From the NCBI GenBank assembly GCA_043228905.1, contig JBHGNT010000004.1:4774001-4838000 (forward strand): 64,000 nt of DNA, in the 5' to 3' direction. The position numbers and the translations under genes were made by a program. Numbering within the stretch: the first letter of the stretch is position 1; every line of letters begins with the position of its first letter. Under the pieces are notes generated by a model. It was given only the letters and a program-made list of their open reading frames with translations. It ran no database searches and was not told where the DNA came from. This document shows positions 11,807 through 24,463 of the stretch, one piece after another. Source of the stretch: Azolla caroliniana. Lineage: Eukaryota > Plantae > Polypodiophyta.

Positions 11807-14800
11807 TCACGATGAGTCATGACTAGGCCTTGAATGTGGTGGTGGGGTGTGAGTGTGAATGCTCTCTTTATTGAGCTCATAGCCTAATACATCATTTAAC
11901 TTCCTTCTTTTATTGTTACAATCATGCAAAGGCTCCTCTTGCAACTCTTTAGACTCTTCATGGTCATTGTCATCATCATCATCATCATCATCATTTATAA
12001 TCACATTAGCAATATCTTCGAGTTTTTTGGAGGTTCTATCTGTAGTTTCTTGTTGGGCTTCTTCATTAATATCTCCTGAAGTTGTGCTTTGGCTCTTTGA
12101 TAATTTCCAGCCTCTAGAGCAAATCCGTTTATATAAATCAACTGATTTTAGGGTTGTTGGAGGATGCTGCAAACAAACACAATTTTGCTTTTTTCTTCCA
12201 CTCAAACATTATGATCAATATATGTGCCAATTATATCATTATATTTGACAAAAATCTTGGATATACACACACAAAAGAAGAAGATGAAGGTGCTTTGCAT
12301 TATCTAATGGTTGAATATGGTTGCTCTGAATCTCCTTATGTATATTGTATTGCAACAAAATGGCATGTGTGTCCATGTATGTATGTACATACAGGTATTT
12401 TATGAACCTAAAGTTTGCATGTATTTGTATGTGTACATATGCGTATTAGATTTTTTATTTTTATAACCTGCATTGAAGGAAGTCCATGCACAAGATGATC
12501 CATTTCTTGTTGAAGCTTGAGAACTTCTGATCTTATTTGAGCTTCTGTTAGCTCTTCCATCCCTGCTCCTTGCCCAACAGCTATAGTATGCTCCAATCCA
12601 TTAATTGTGCTCTCTAAGCTCCTCACCTAATATAAATACATACATACATATCCAACCTAATATAAATATACGTACATATCCATATAGTTTTTTCTTCATT
12701 GTAGAATGTAGTATAATTTTGGTCCATGGTATAATAACACAAACAAGGGAAAAATGCTAAGGAAATATATGTACCAAAATACCCCTACCGTTGTTGGGTA
12801 TTTCGTACTAGGATACCTTGTTGTGATACAACTGTTACACAAGGGTATTCTATACACATTGTATCGTCAATATTTTTGAAAGTTAAGGGAATTATGGTAA
12901 ATATGCCCCAAAACAAATGCATAACCACATCTTGGTTACCTTTCGTCCTGGCCATCGTTTAAGTCCAAATTTCCGACAAGCTTTCTTTAGGGTTGTTTGA
13001 GAAACACCAAGTTTTTTGGCAGCATCCACAACACTGAGATGAAAGTAGGAGGATAACTCAGACATCTTCAATCGATGAGTTCCCCGTCCCTAGTATATAG
13101 AAGAATGCAATACAATTTCAAATAGGGGATAGTATATTATATGTCATCATTAAGATTATAAAATCAAAAGTTGTGTTAAGAAAACTATATACAGATATGA
13201 GATTAGGATGGTCTTTAAATGCATGCATTCTCACTTCGTACGACTGATCAAACAACTCAAATTGAAGCAAAAAAAAGGACAAGGAAACTATGTCTTCAGA
13301 CTAGAAATATCAAATATAATATTTTTGGGCCTCGACATACTTTGAAACATACTGAGCACATTGGCACATATTCATGGACATGTTTCTTTAAATGCATTTG
13401 TTGCTTATTGTAACAAATTACAATCTATATGACTCATGAGCCAACAAATATAACAATAATCAATTTAATAGAAATATAGCTATCATTATACAAAGTTCAA
13501 ACAAGTCTGATTATTGTCTATTCTAGCCCACAACACTTAAAACCTATCATATTATCTCTTTAGTGCTTTAAACATTTGGGTTGGACCTTCTAAAAACTAA
13601 AAATCACATGCATGAGGATGCACATACAATTTGGATATAGATTCATGGTGGGGACGAACAATTGGAAATTAATGTGCTCTACATAAAAATCATACACACA
13701 CACACACACACACAAATGGAGTTTGGAAATATAGGCACATGGATGACTAGTGGTGAAAACTAGTGGGCTATAACTCTCAACAAACACACACTACTGGCTA
13801 TAACTAGGTATAGGAATATAAAAGACAAAATGGGGTGACTAGTGCCTATTAACTAGATAACACACACATGATGTGTCTCAAACATATAGAATGAATAATA
13901 TGGGTGACTAGGTCATAGAAGCTAGTTGGCTATAACTTGGAACACACACACACACATTGTGTCTCTACATATAGAGACATCCATGGCACCATGCATTAAT
14001 ATTATATATCATGAGCTTACATGTGAATGTTGGCAAGAAGCTTACGGTCTTGCTTCTCCTGTTGACGAGAAACACCATCTCCGGCACTTGCGAATTAGTG
14101 TCGAGATTAGGATGAGCATCGATGGCGGATGATGAAGATTGGTCCTTTTCGGACCGATAACATTCAATGCCAGAGTGAGCATGCTCCATGTGATCATTAG
14201 AAGTCACATTTTCGACTCCACCAGAGTTAGGTCCATTATGATTCATCATATAGGTGTTGTCTTGATAAGCTCGTTCGTTATGGCCGAGGAAAAGATCGGG
14301 TCGATCCTTATAATCATCGGCCGAGGTATGCATGTCCTGCGATGAAACATGATGCGACGGATTCCTCAAGTTCGCATTGAGAGGTCGATGAGGGTTAATA
14401 TGCATAGTTGGAATGTTGGTATAGAATTTCTCAATTGTGTCATTCACCATGGCCGAGGTGATAAATGGAGTAGCAGAAGTGCTTTGGTTGCCTATACATG
14501 CATCACTAGGCATAAAAGCACCTAATTGGGAAGCCAAGATCTGAGCCAATATAGTAGCAATATTTGGGTTGTTAAATTTGGAGAGCATATTGCTAGGCAT
14601 GATATTGTTTGGTGCAATATTGTTGTGGGTTTGTTGTACATTATTGCAACTAATGTCATGATCATGGATGAAGTTGTGTGGTGGTTGAGCTGAATTAATA
14701 CTACCCAAATTGAAGAACACATTGTTGTTACTGTTGTTTAAGCCTTGATTCCTTTGCATTGGGCATGGCATTGAAGCATTATTGTTGACACACAACATTG

Positions 14801-16207
14801 GAGATACATTTTCTGTGGTAGGGTTAATAAGATTCTCTCGCGGTATCGAAGATGGTTTGGCATATGAATTGGGGCTAAATAATATCTCCCCATGATTCAA
14901 CTGGTTAGAATGTCCAAAGCATTGTGTAAGATTCGCGGGGCTAGCACCTCCAGTCGTATGATCCTCAATATCCGCATCTGAATCGACAGGCTTAGGGATC
15001 GTGATCATCGCGAGGTTTTTGGGTCGTTTGAAAGCACTACCGGCGGTAGTGATAAGATTTGAAGCTGATAGACCAAAATCTTTCGTCGGAGAAGGCGGCG
15101 GCTGATCGCAGCTAATAATCGATTCACGTGGAGGATGACTAGGTTCAGGTGGAAGGGAGATATGGTGCTCATAGGTGGTGGTAGTTAATATGGTTAATTC
15201 ACTAGGTGGAGGCTTGGTGGGGGTTGAACATACAAGAGAAGGTTTTACAGTTATACAACTACACTTATGGTCGGAGACATGTTGGAGCAAGTGTTCTCGG
15301 GACGAAGGGGCAGGGGTCGGGGTAGCGAGGCTAAAGCTACAATTCACAAGTTGTTGTTGTTGTTGGTTGTGTTGAGATTGTGGATTGTGAATGTGATCGG
15401 AGGCGGAAGATACTAGGGTTAAATTGCTAGGGGGTTTCCAAGTGACATTGTTGTATGGATTTGAACTAGGGGCAAGGTCTACTAGATTTGGGCTTAGTAT
15501 AACTGCCACAAGCTGCTTGTTCCCTTTGCATATCAACACATCTTCGAGGGTCGCGTCCACATCTAGCTCTTCGGGCTCGCTCCCATCCGCTCTCGCCAGC
15601 TGCAACCTCTCCACCCGATCCTTCTCCCCGATGAATCCCAATCTCCGTCCGTTCTTCTATTATGTTATCGACATTCGTACAAGAAACACATATTAAAACA
15701 ATGTCAGAAAAGAAAGGCTCTATAACCAATTGAATCTACTTTGCATCTATATATCTATATATATATATATATGTATGTATGTATGTATATATGTTATCGA
15801 CATATAATCGAAGGCAAATCTAATTTGAAAAAAAACACCAAGGTGTCGAGAATTTCGGAAGATAAATCGTCAATTTGCACTGAGGACAGTCGGAATTCCG
15901 AAAAACCTTTTTTTTTAAAAGAAAAGAAGAATCTAAAAATGAAGAGATATATGTATGAATCATTGTGGTGCATCTATTGAATCCCCAAAATTTGTGTGTT
16001 AAAAAGGAGGAATTTGATTGCAGATCTGAATCCAGAATTTTCATTTTGTAAAGACGGTCTCCTTTTTTAATGATTGAGCCAGACCTCGATGATTCGGGCG
16101 AATTCTTGAAGGGTTTCATGAAGATGGCGAGCAGAGCTCCAATGGTGACCTTTGACAAACACGGTGAACTTTGCCTTAACATGGTCTGTGTGGGCGTGCA
16201 GAGCCAT
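11807..16207 (-). CDS. RWP-RK domain transcription factor (non-NLP, RKD/MID-like), ~800 aa, 5 exons
   Basis: Exons 16207-16085, 15656-14046, 13089-12940, 12626-12468, 12166-11807, all phase 0. Exon 3 encodes LKMSELSSYFHLSVVDAAKKLGVSQTTLKKACRKFGLKRWPGRK and continues VRSL in exon 4. The first and last exons are less certain. Confidence 0.85.
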
Positions 16208-18514
16208 ATCTCATCATTCCCAAATTGATCTAAATTCTATGAATGACAAAGAAGAGCTCTTCTTATAAATTCTCAAGCAAATCCTCCTTTCAACAATGGC
16301 ATATGCTTGTGATGGGATTCAGTTATTTCAGTTGCACGCGATTCTCCACATACCTACCTTACCTACACATAAAATTTACATGAATATTAACTCTCTTTTA
16401 TGCTATAGCCTATAACTATCTCTCTACATGAATGTCTCTTAAGAGACGGTTAAATTAAGAGTTCTCCTTTTACATATACATAATTACATGAATATTAACT
16501 CTCTTTTATTCTATAACTATCTCTCTACATGAATGTCTCTTAAGCTACAGTTAATTAAGAGTGAACTCCTTTGGCCCATCCATGTGTCCGAGAGACGAGA
16601 ACACATGACACTTTGTCTCGTTGCCGGCACATAAACCTCTTCAAGATTAAAAGAATCGGTTTTCATACTAGCGTTTGTGAACACACATAGCTGCCCATAA
16701 CCCTCTTCAAGATTAAATGAATCGGTTTTCATTCTGGCGATCGTGAATACACATGTTGGGTTTTGTATTGGCCACCATGGCCTCCTATAATACCCATTCA
16801 TGCATATATCATATATCCAATCATTAGCTTTGCTTGCCTATACATTCACCCACCTTCCCTTGTTTACAATCTATGAGAGGGTTACCCATCTCAATATAAT
16901 CTCCATTCCATAACCTCTTAATCTCTGAACACATAACACAATTGCGCTAGATGGGTGACCAAAGATTTTTTGCCTAGTTATGCACAACATGTGTGTCAAT
17001 CATGCGTCATGCCCATAATGCATATTAAACCATACTTATTATAAATCTAAGAAGAGTGTGAAGAGTGTATACGTGTGAGCTTATGTAGAAATTGGTTATG
17101 TTATTCACGCTTGTGTGATTGAAAGAAATAAGTGTGTTGGTCCTATCAATGCATGAAAAGGGTTTAAGTTCATGAGGAGTTAATGTTTGATGGAAAATAT
17201 TTCAAGTAACTGTGTTGTGATCATGCATGGTTTTGATAAACACATGCAATGTGATGTTTAAACAATAACACGTGTGACATTAGTATGTGCCCTATAATAT
17301 GATGTGTGTTCACATTATGTGTGACACAAAAGAGGAGGTAGGCTCTTGTTAAGTTTGGATGGGTAATGATGTAAAAATGTTTTTGGTTTGCTCTAAAGCA
17401 TTATTTCATTCTCTTTGTTGGTAGTCATGCATAATGTTCAATGTACTTGAAATTAGAGTCATATACAACTTGTGAAAAATTGTTGTTCATGTTGATGTTT
17501 TGGGTGAGGCAAGCTTGGGTTAATGCCTTTGGCTCTATAGCATCTAAAGGTAGACCATAAGTATGTTGGCAAATCTCCCAATCTATTGATCAATTTGTTC
17601 ATGGATGTCATTTGGTGATGCATAACTGCTTTGCAATTAAAAGTCAATGTTGTATCCATTGCTTGAATCATGAGAATAAGATCCACATAAGTTGGATTGC
17701 TATTGTTTTAATCATGTGAGAAAAATCATAAGTTCTATGGTGCTTGAGAATGAAGGTGTACTTATTCTTGGTAAGTCATGATTGTGTATTAGATCCACAT
17801 AAGCTGTATTACTATTGTTTTAATCATGTGAAAAAAATCATAAGCTTCTTTGGTGCTTGGAAATGAAGATACACTTATTCTTGGTAAACCTTGGATATGT
17901 ATTGAGCGCAATGTGTAGATGAAATGTTTTGATGTGGATCAGCATGCTAGATTGCTGAGGTGAGGTGATAGTGTGGATTGGGTTGTCCCATATTTCTGTC
18001 ACAATTGCAACGAGACAAATTTAAAAGAACTTTTATGTTCAGAGGTTTTTGATGTGAGCAATTTCAAAAGTATGCTTGTATCGAACATTAAATGGATTAG
18101 ATACATCAGACAAATACATTAAATGGATTAGATACATGATTTTTGTCTCAAAGTGCATTGACTTGTACAATAACCAATAATAACATTCTCCTTTGAATGC
18201 CTCTCTTAACGATATCAAGAAATGTTTCTATTCGTATATTATAAAGCTTTTTCCCTTTCTAATGGATACAAGACACATTTGCAAATGTGCAGCTTTCCAG
18301 GTAACTTACCTGGATAAGCATGACTTACATGACTTAAATAGGAAAATTGCATGTGAAGAAAATAAGAAAGATATTTTACATTGACTACATCTTGAGAAGC
18401 AGCTCAGATAAAATGTAGTGAACCGTAAAAGGAGATAATTTTGCCAAGAAATCTTAGGCCTCTTAAAACCTTGCCATAGAGTTTATATGTATATGATGAT
18501 AGACCTAGCTATAC

Positions 18515-21500
18515 CTATTTCACATGCATGTTGCCTAATGTATAGTTTCCAATATTGAAGTTCCCTTCTGGTTGACTTACTACTGCAGCTTGTGCCTGAA
18601 GAAAAATACAAATAACTTGTGTTAGTGACCAGAAGAAAGAAGTATTTAAATGCCTATTCAAGAGCTCAAAGCAAGCCATCCATCCATTACATGCAAAACC
18701 ACAATGTGAAGTTTCAATTTATACATCATTAAAATATTGACTTTTTCGTCCATAACCACAAATTATTTGCTCATTGATTTATGAAAGCTCGCGCTTTGCA
18801 ATATGGTGGGGTTCAAGTCTCGTACAAAAGGTCGGGATGTTGAGTCCATTTAAGGAAAAACTTTTCATTATTCTAGATATCATTCACACCATGAATAGTT
18901 TTATGCTCCTTTGAGAGGCAATGTTAGCAAAAGAAAAAGAAAATGATGAGAGCATACCTGTTTCGTGTATGAAATTAGTGTATCATCCAACATTCCGGTG
19001 CATGCTTTTGTACTAAGAGGAGTGTCTTTAAGCCTGAACTTACTATCTCTTATGCACTGATCTAGTGATCTGTTGTTATAAAGCCCACTCTCCTGGAATC
19101 CCTGCATCAACTGCGGTGGTTGTCCTGATAAACATCCTGCCTTAAATGATTGTCCATAATCTTGATTGAAATGAGAGCTTGATTCCAACTCACTTTTCGG
19201 CCCTAAATTTGGATTGTTCTGAATAAGGCTATGCCAAACTTGCAAGCTATTTAGAGTTGCATTTGGATTAGAAACTAATACACCAGTATTATTACCAGGT
19301 TGTATAATAGAAGCATTTGTATTCCTACTTCCACCCACATCCAAAGTCTCATTGAGAATAGGGGTCTTTACAATTGCATCACTAGCAAGAGATGTAGACC
19401 CATAAGGAATATCAAGACTTCCGAAATTATCGACCGCAGGCCTTCTCATAGAATTAGGACTATTAGCAGATAAGATGAATTCATTATGTTCTGGTCGGAC
19501 ATCAAAAAATGCCCCAACGCCCCTGCCTTCCTGGAGCTTTGGCCTAATTTCGGTAGAAGTCATCGGTAGCCCAATACTTGCATTAGCTTGTTGCTGTAAA
19601 ATTTGGGCCACCAATGCATCATTACTATTGTTCTCAATAGGCAAGCAGCTATCAAGGGTACTAAAAATTGGGTCTAACCCTCCCATGTTTGGTAAAGATG
19701 TTAAACGATGCAACTCTACTGGACTGGAAGATAATGTACTGTTTCCAGATTGCCCAAATGACCCAGATTGCCTTATCCCCACCTGGTTGATGTGATACCC
19801 ACTTGAAATAGTATTTGATAGGGGTAATCCATAAGGTGACCTTGTGGCTATAGCACCAGTATTTGCTCCGTGAACTGCAGCTAGCTGCCGTAATGTATAC
19901 AAATCTAATCCAGGGGGGGTGCTAAGAACTGATCTATCTATAGAACCAGATGGCAAAGATGACTTCGATGATACAAAATCACCAAAACTAGATCCAGCAA
20001 TCCCAAAAGATGGATCTGGTGAACCTAGCATTGTTGAGCCCAGACCCCCAATTTGACGATGATGAGGCACTTCACTGATTCGTTTCAGATATAATCGATA
20101 TTTCTGAAAGGAAACAAATAAAACATCAAATCGGACAACATGATATCGCATGATAGTAACAGGGCAATACAAGACGTTGTGACATATGTAATAGTAGGTC
20201 AGTATCGGAGACGGACACATAAAAGTAAGTATTCATGCATGGAGTCTCAATACCAACCTGTAAATGGCTTGCAACATTTTCCCTTGTAAGCCCACGAACA
20301 TCCATAAGCTCAAGGACTCTCTTCGGGACAGCCTCTGTAAAAAATAAGCAAACTAGATGAGCATGCTTCTATAGAATTAATGAAGTCCAAAACAAACACA
20401 CATGGCATCGTTTATAAAGCATCAAAGATGTTGCGTTCATATTATCAAGTGTATTTGGAGACACCAAACTTACTATCAATGCCAAGTTGGTTCACTGCAG
20501 TTACAAACTTCTGATGCAACTCAACCGACCAGACGACACGTGGCTTCTTTGATGTCGATGGATCATCATTATCAAGTTCAGCATCATCATCGTCCTCTTT
20601 CCTCTTCTTCGAATGCCTTGATGAAGCAGCATCAGGTCCATCACTTGAATGGTACTCACCACCACCATCATTAAGCTGCTGATCTTCAACATTATCACTC
20701 ACTGCCCCTTCTCTCTTCTTCCTCCTCACAACATGCTGCCAGATGTTCTTCAATTCCTCAATCCGCACAGGTTTTAGAAGATAATCGCAAGCACCATGCT
20801 TGATTCCCTTCATAACAGCACTTGTCTCCCCGTTCGCTGACATCACTGGACAGAAGTCGATTTAAATCATAGATGCACAGAAGCAGTCTATTAGAAAATT
20901 CAGACCAATGCAAATTACATTAATAAAACATGGCATATGGGAGAGCCTGATCAATGGATCTAGTTTCTACTTAAAATTGAAAGAGAAAAGAGCTTCAATT
21001 CAATGCCGACTTTGTTAAGCCCCCACAAAATGGGAGAACCTGATCCACGTATTTTGCTTCAAACAACAACAATTGAAAGGGATACAAGGATTCAATTCAA
21101 TGTCAATTACCCAAATAACTATATCAAATGCTATAAATCTTTCTCCCAACAACATGATCATTTAAAGAAAAAAGATCCTCAATTTGATGCATATAACCAT
21201 TACTAATGATCCAATGTACACAACTTCAAACAAGACACTAATTTGACAAGAAAGGGCTTCAACAAATTCGATGCCAATTATATTAACGATCCTGCCAGAT
21301 GGGAGGGCGTGATTCATGTATCTGTTTGAAACAAGAAGTTTAATTTAAAGAGAAAAGAGCTGAAGAGCTTACTTATAACAGGAAGATCCATTTCCAGTCC
21401 AACAAGCTCAAGCAACTTGAAACCATCCATATCAGGCATATGCACATCACTGATGACCACATCAAATCCATCTTTGTTTTCTCTCAGAACCCTGAGAGCC

Positions 21501-22902
21501 TCAACAGCACCGCCACATGTTGTCACTAGAAAAAGAATAAAACAGAGATTCATTACTAACCAAGAAAATGCATTTTCATTTCATGCCCTCAGGATGTTGG
21601 ACCATTACTGACTATTCCCACTGGTGACATTTCTATCAAGAAATTTTGGACCACTTTCCCATGTATGATATAGGAGAAAGTCCATTTCCTCCCATAGTGT
21701 TCCCTAACGAGTTCAACATTACATTTTTTCCCACTTCCCATTTCAGACATTTTACAGTTGTTTTCCTACAGTGCTCAACATTACGAGCTTATCTATGAAA
21801 TGCTTCACATAACTAGTTAACAACCTGCCAAGCTAATTAAACAAAATCCCAACAAAAATCATTGGCTATGTGGATCTGATACCATCGTGCTCAGTGTTTA
21901 ATACTTCTTGTGTCGACATTCAAACATTCTGTTTCCCATGTGAGAAAGAGCTCATTTTCCATTTTTACACAGATTCTATTAAGAGAAAATATCACAATCC
22001 CCTACATGTCCCATACAATTTTCAGCATTATCAGATTCTTTAGACAACACTCTGTATACCTAGATAGCATACCCCAGACCTAATCAAGCAAAATTTGTAC
22101 TACAATCATGAATCTGATATCATCATGCTTTGTGATGTGTTCAAACATGATTTAATTCTACATGCCAAGGTATCCATCAAACCCACTACTTCATCAGACA
22201 TTATCATGCTTTGAAAGATGCCGAAGCTACTCAAGCAAAAGCACTACAATTACTAAATATATAGATCTTAAATAATTAAACACTGCTTTAGGACTTCCCG
22301 CAAAGCTAATAAAGTAAAATCACCATTATAAGCATGGATCTATAGCATCATAGTCGGATTGATGCATCCATGTAAAAGGTATCAGCATATACTTGGATTG
22401 ATGCATCCATTTAAGGGTATTTGTACATGCTTAAATTGATATACCCACATGAAAAGCAAATATGCATCCTTCAATTAAAATACATCCATGTGAAGCTACT
22501 CAAGCAAAATCACAACGACAAACATGAATTCTGTACTGCATCAGTGTGTACGTATGCTTCAATTGACAAATCCAAGTAAAGAGTATGCATCCATGTGAAG
22601 ATATGTATGTGTATTTGGATTGGTGCATAAAGATTACGGGCTTATGTCACAGAAACCATGAAATAAACAATTCAGACATGAGAAGAAAGAAATAATCATG
22701 GTTTACCTTTATAACGACATCTTTGAAGCATTCGGTCTAAAATGAGTAGGCAAATAGGATCATCATCTACAACGAGGACTCGTAATCCAATTGGAAATTC
22801 AGTAGAAAGAACAGAGGAGTTATCGGGTTGGCCCTGAGAAACCATTTTCTTCTCCACTGATATCACACGTGTATTCGAAATTGACTCTGCTTCCACTCCC
22901 AT
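18515..22902 (-). CDS. Type-B response regulator (receiver + GARP/Myb domain), 6 coding exons
   Basis: Exons 22902-22707, 21525-21373, 20845-20474, 20334-20258, 20103-18958, 18595-18515. Motifs: [19 protein letters not shown] (phospho-Asp), [37 protein letters not shown]. Confidence 0.95.
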
Positions 22903-23800
22903 GTCATATTTCTTTTCCGTCAACAAATCCCTGTGAAATATTGGCGTGAAGAATCTTCTTCTTCATCTCTAGAAGAACATTATATTTCATGAACAAGAAG
23001 ATGAAGCTTCCATCTTTGAATCCCGTGATATTTAATGGCAATTTGAGAAAAAAAAAGAAGGTTTGATGCTATGAAAGTGTGTTCGTAGAAATTAGGTCAT
23101 GTATTTATGTCTGTTAAAGAAATTAGGATTCCGTTTTGACACTGTCGATAAAAACAGGGCAAGAGGTTTCACTTTATTCGAGAAATTAAGGTATGGGTTT
23201 GACACTGTAAGGCTAAATTAGAGTTTTGAAATGACTCTTGAGTAAGAAATTAGGGTTGAAGTTTCGATATATACTAGGAAAATGAGGGTTAGGGTTCACG
23301 TTTTTAGCAGAGAGAGAAAGAAGGGAGAACAGATGTTTGCAGAAAGGAGGAAAGAAAGTGCGGACCTAATATCAAGGCACCGCAGGAACGCAAGAGGAAG
23401 ACGAAAAAAAGAAGAGGGAAGTAGAAGGAGGGCAAAAGATGAAGAAGAAGAAGAAGAAGAAGAAGGCCTACAAATTACTAGAAAGACGCCATAGCCAGAT
23501 CATGAGGGAGGGAGCTCAGGTAAGTTAACTCCCAAGGAAAGCTCATTCTTTTTCTTGTTTTTTTTTTTTTGTTTTTGTTTTATTTATTCGCTGTTTCTTG
23601 TTGTACTGTGGTACTTGTCTGAGATATGTCAGAACACACACAGAAACAGAGAGAGACAGAGCAGTGAGAGAGAGAGAGAGAGAGAAGGTTTAGGGTTTTT
23701 CCTTAAGAGGAACAAATCTTACTAAATCTGCAAAACCCTGCTCATAGCCAGCTTGGAACTAGGGAAAGGAGAAGAAGAGGCAGAGACACAGAAGAGAGAC

Positions 23801-23843
<43 letters not shown>

Positions 23844-23896
23844 AGCCTTCCTTCCTTTGCTTGCAATAAGACCTTGGGTTTTTAGTTCTCTACAAA

Positions 23897-23935
<39 letters not shown>

Positions 23936-24213
23936 CTATCTATCCATCTCTTTGTCGGTCGATCAATTGTCCGCGTGACTCTAGAGGCTATCGAATCACT
24001 TCTCTCGGGTGTACTTAGGGCATCAAACACCTTAATCTACTTGAGTCTGGAGAGAGAGAGAGAGAGAGAGAGAGCAAGGCCCCCAAGAGGCTTTACGGTA
24101 TCCTTAGCCTGTGCGTAACACACAAATACATATCTAACTAGACGTACTAAAGGACTCACATGTAGCTAGGGCATCAAAAACCTTAATCTAGTCGAGTCGA
24201 GACAAGACGAGAC

Positions 24214-24245
<32 letters not shown>

Positions 24246-24269
24246 TGAGTGAGAGAGAGAAACCCAAAT

Positions 24270-24340
24270 GGATGTAGCTCAGTTGGTAAGGTTGCCCAAT
24301 GGAGACCAGGTGGTCATGGGTTCAACCCACCCACATTCCA
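24270..24340 (+). mobile_element. tRNA-derived sequence (SINE head or tRNA pseudogene)
   Basis: A box TAGCTCAGTTGG and B box GGTTCAACCC at tRNA spacing; acceptor-like stem GGATGT/ACATTCC; anticodon arm poorly paired. Confidence 0.65.
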
Positions 24341-24343
24341 CAA

Positions 24344-24463
24344 TGGCATCTAATGAAATTAGAGATATCTATGGACTCTAATAGAGAGGTGAGAAATTTG
24401 GGTTTTGGCATCTAATGAAATTAGAGATATCTATGGACTCTAATAGAGAGGTGAGAAAATTGG
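24344..24463. repeat. Tandem duplication, 62 bp period
   Basis: tggcatctaatgaaattagagatatctatggactctaatagagaggtgagaaa begins at 24344 and again at 24406. Confidence 0.9.

Noticed and set aside
15820-16182. 120-aa ORF as first exon of the RWP-RK gene
   Set aside because: It could splice in phase at ~15907, but it runs into T-rich intron-like sequence. The 16207 frame gives a more protein-like, continuous fold; not fully excluded
23240-23300. TTAGGG-like words as interstitial telomere
   Set aside because: Isolated telo-box-type words in a 5' leader/intron, not an array
24270-24340. Functional tRNA gene
   Set aside because: Acceptor stem lacks a base, anticodon stem is poorly paired, and there is no immediate poly-T terminator
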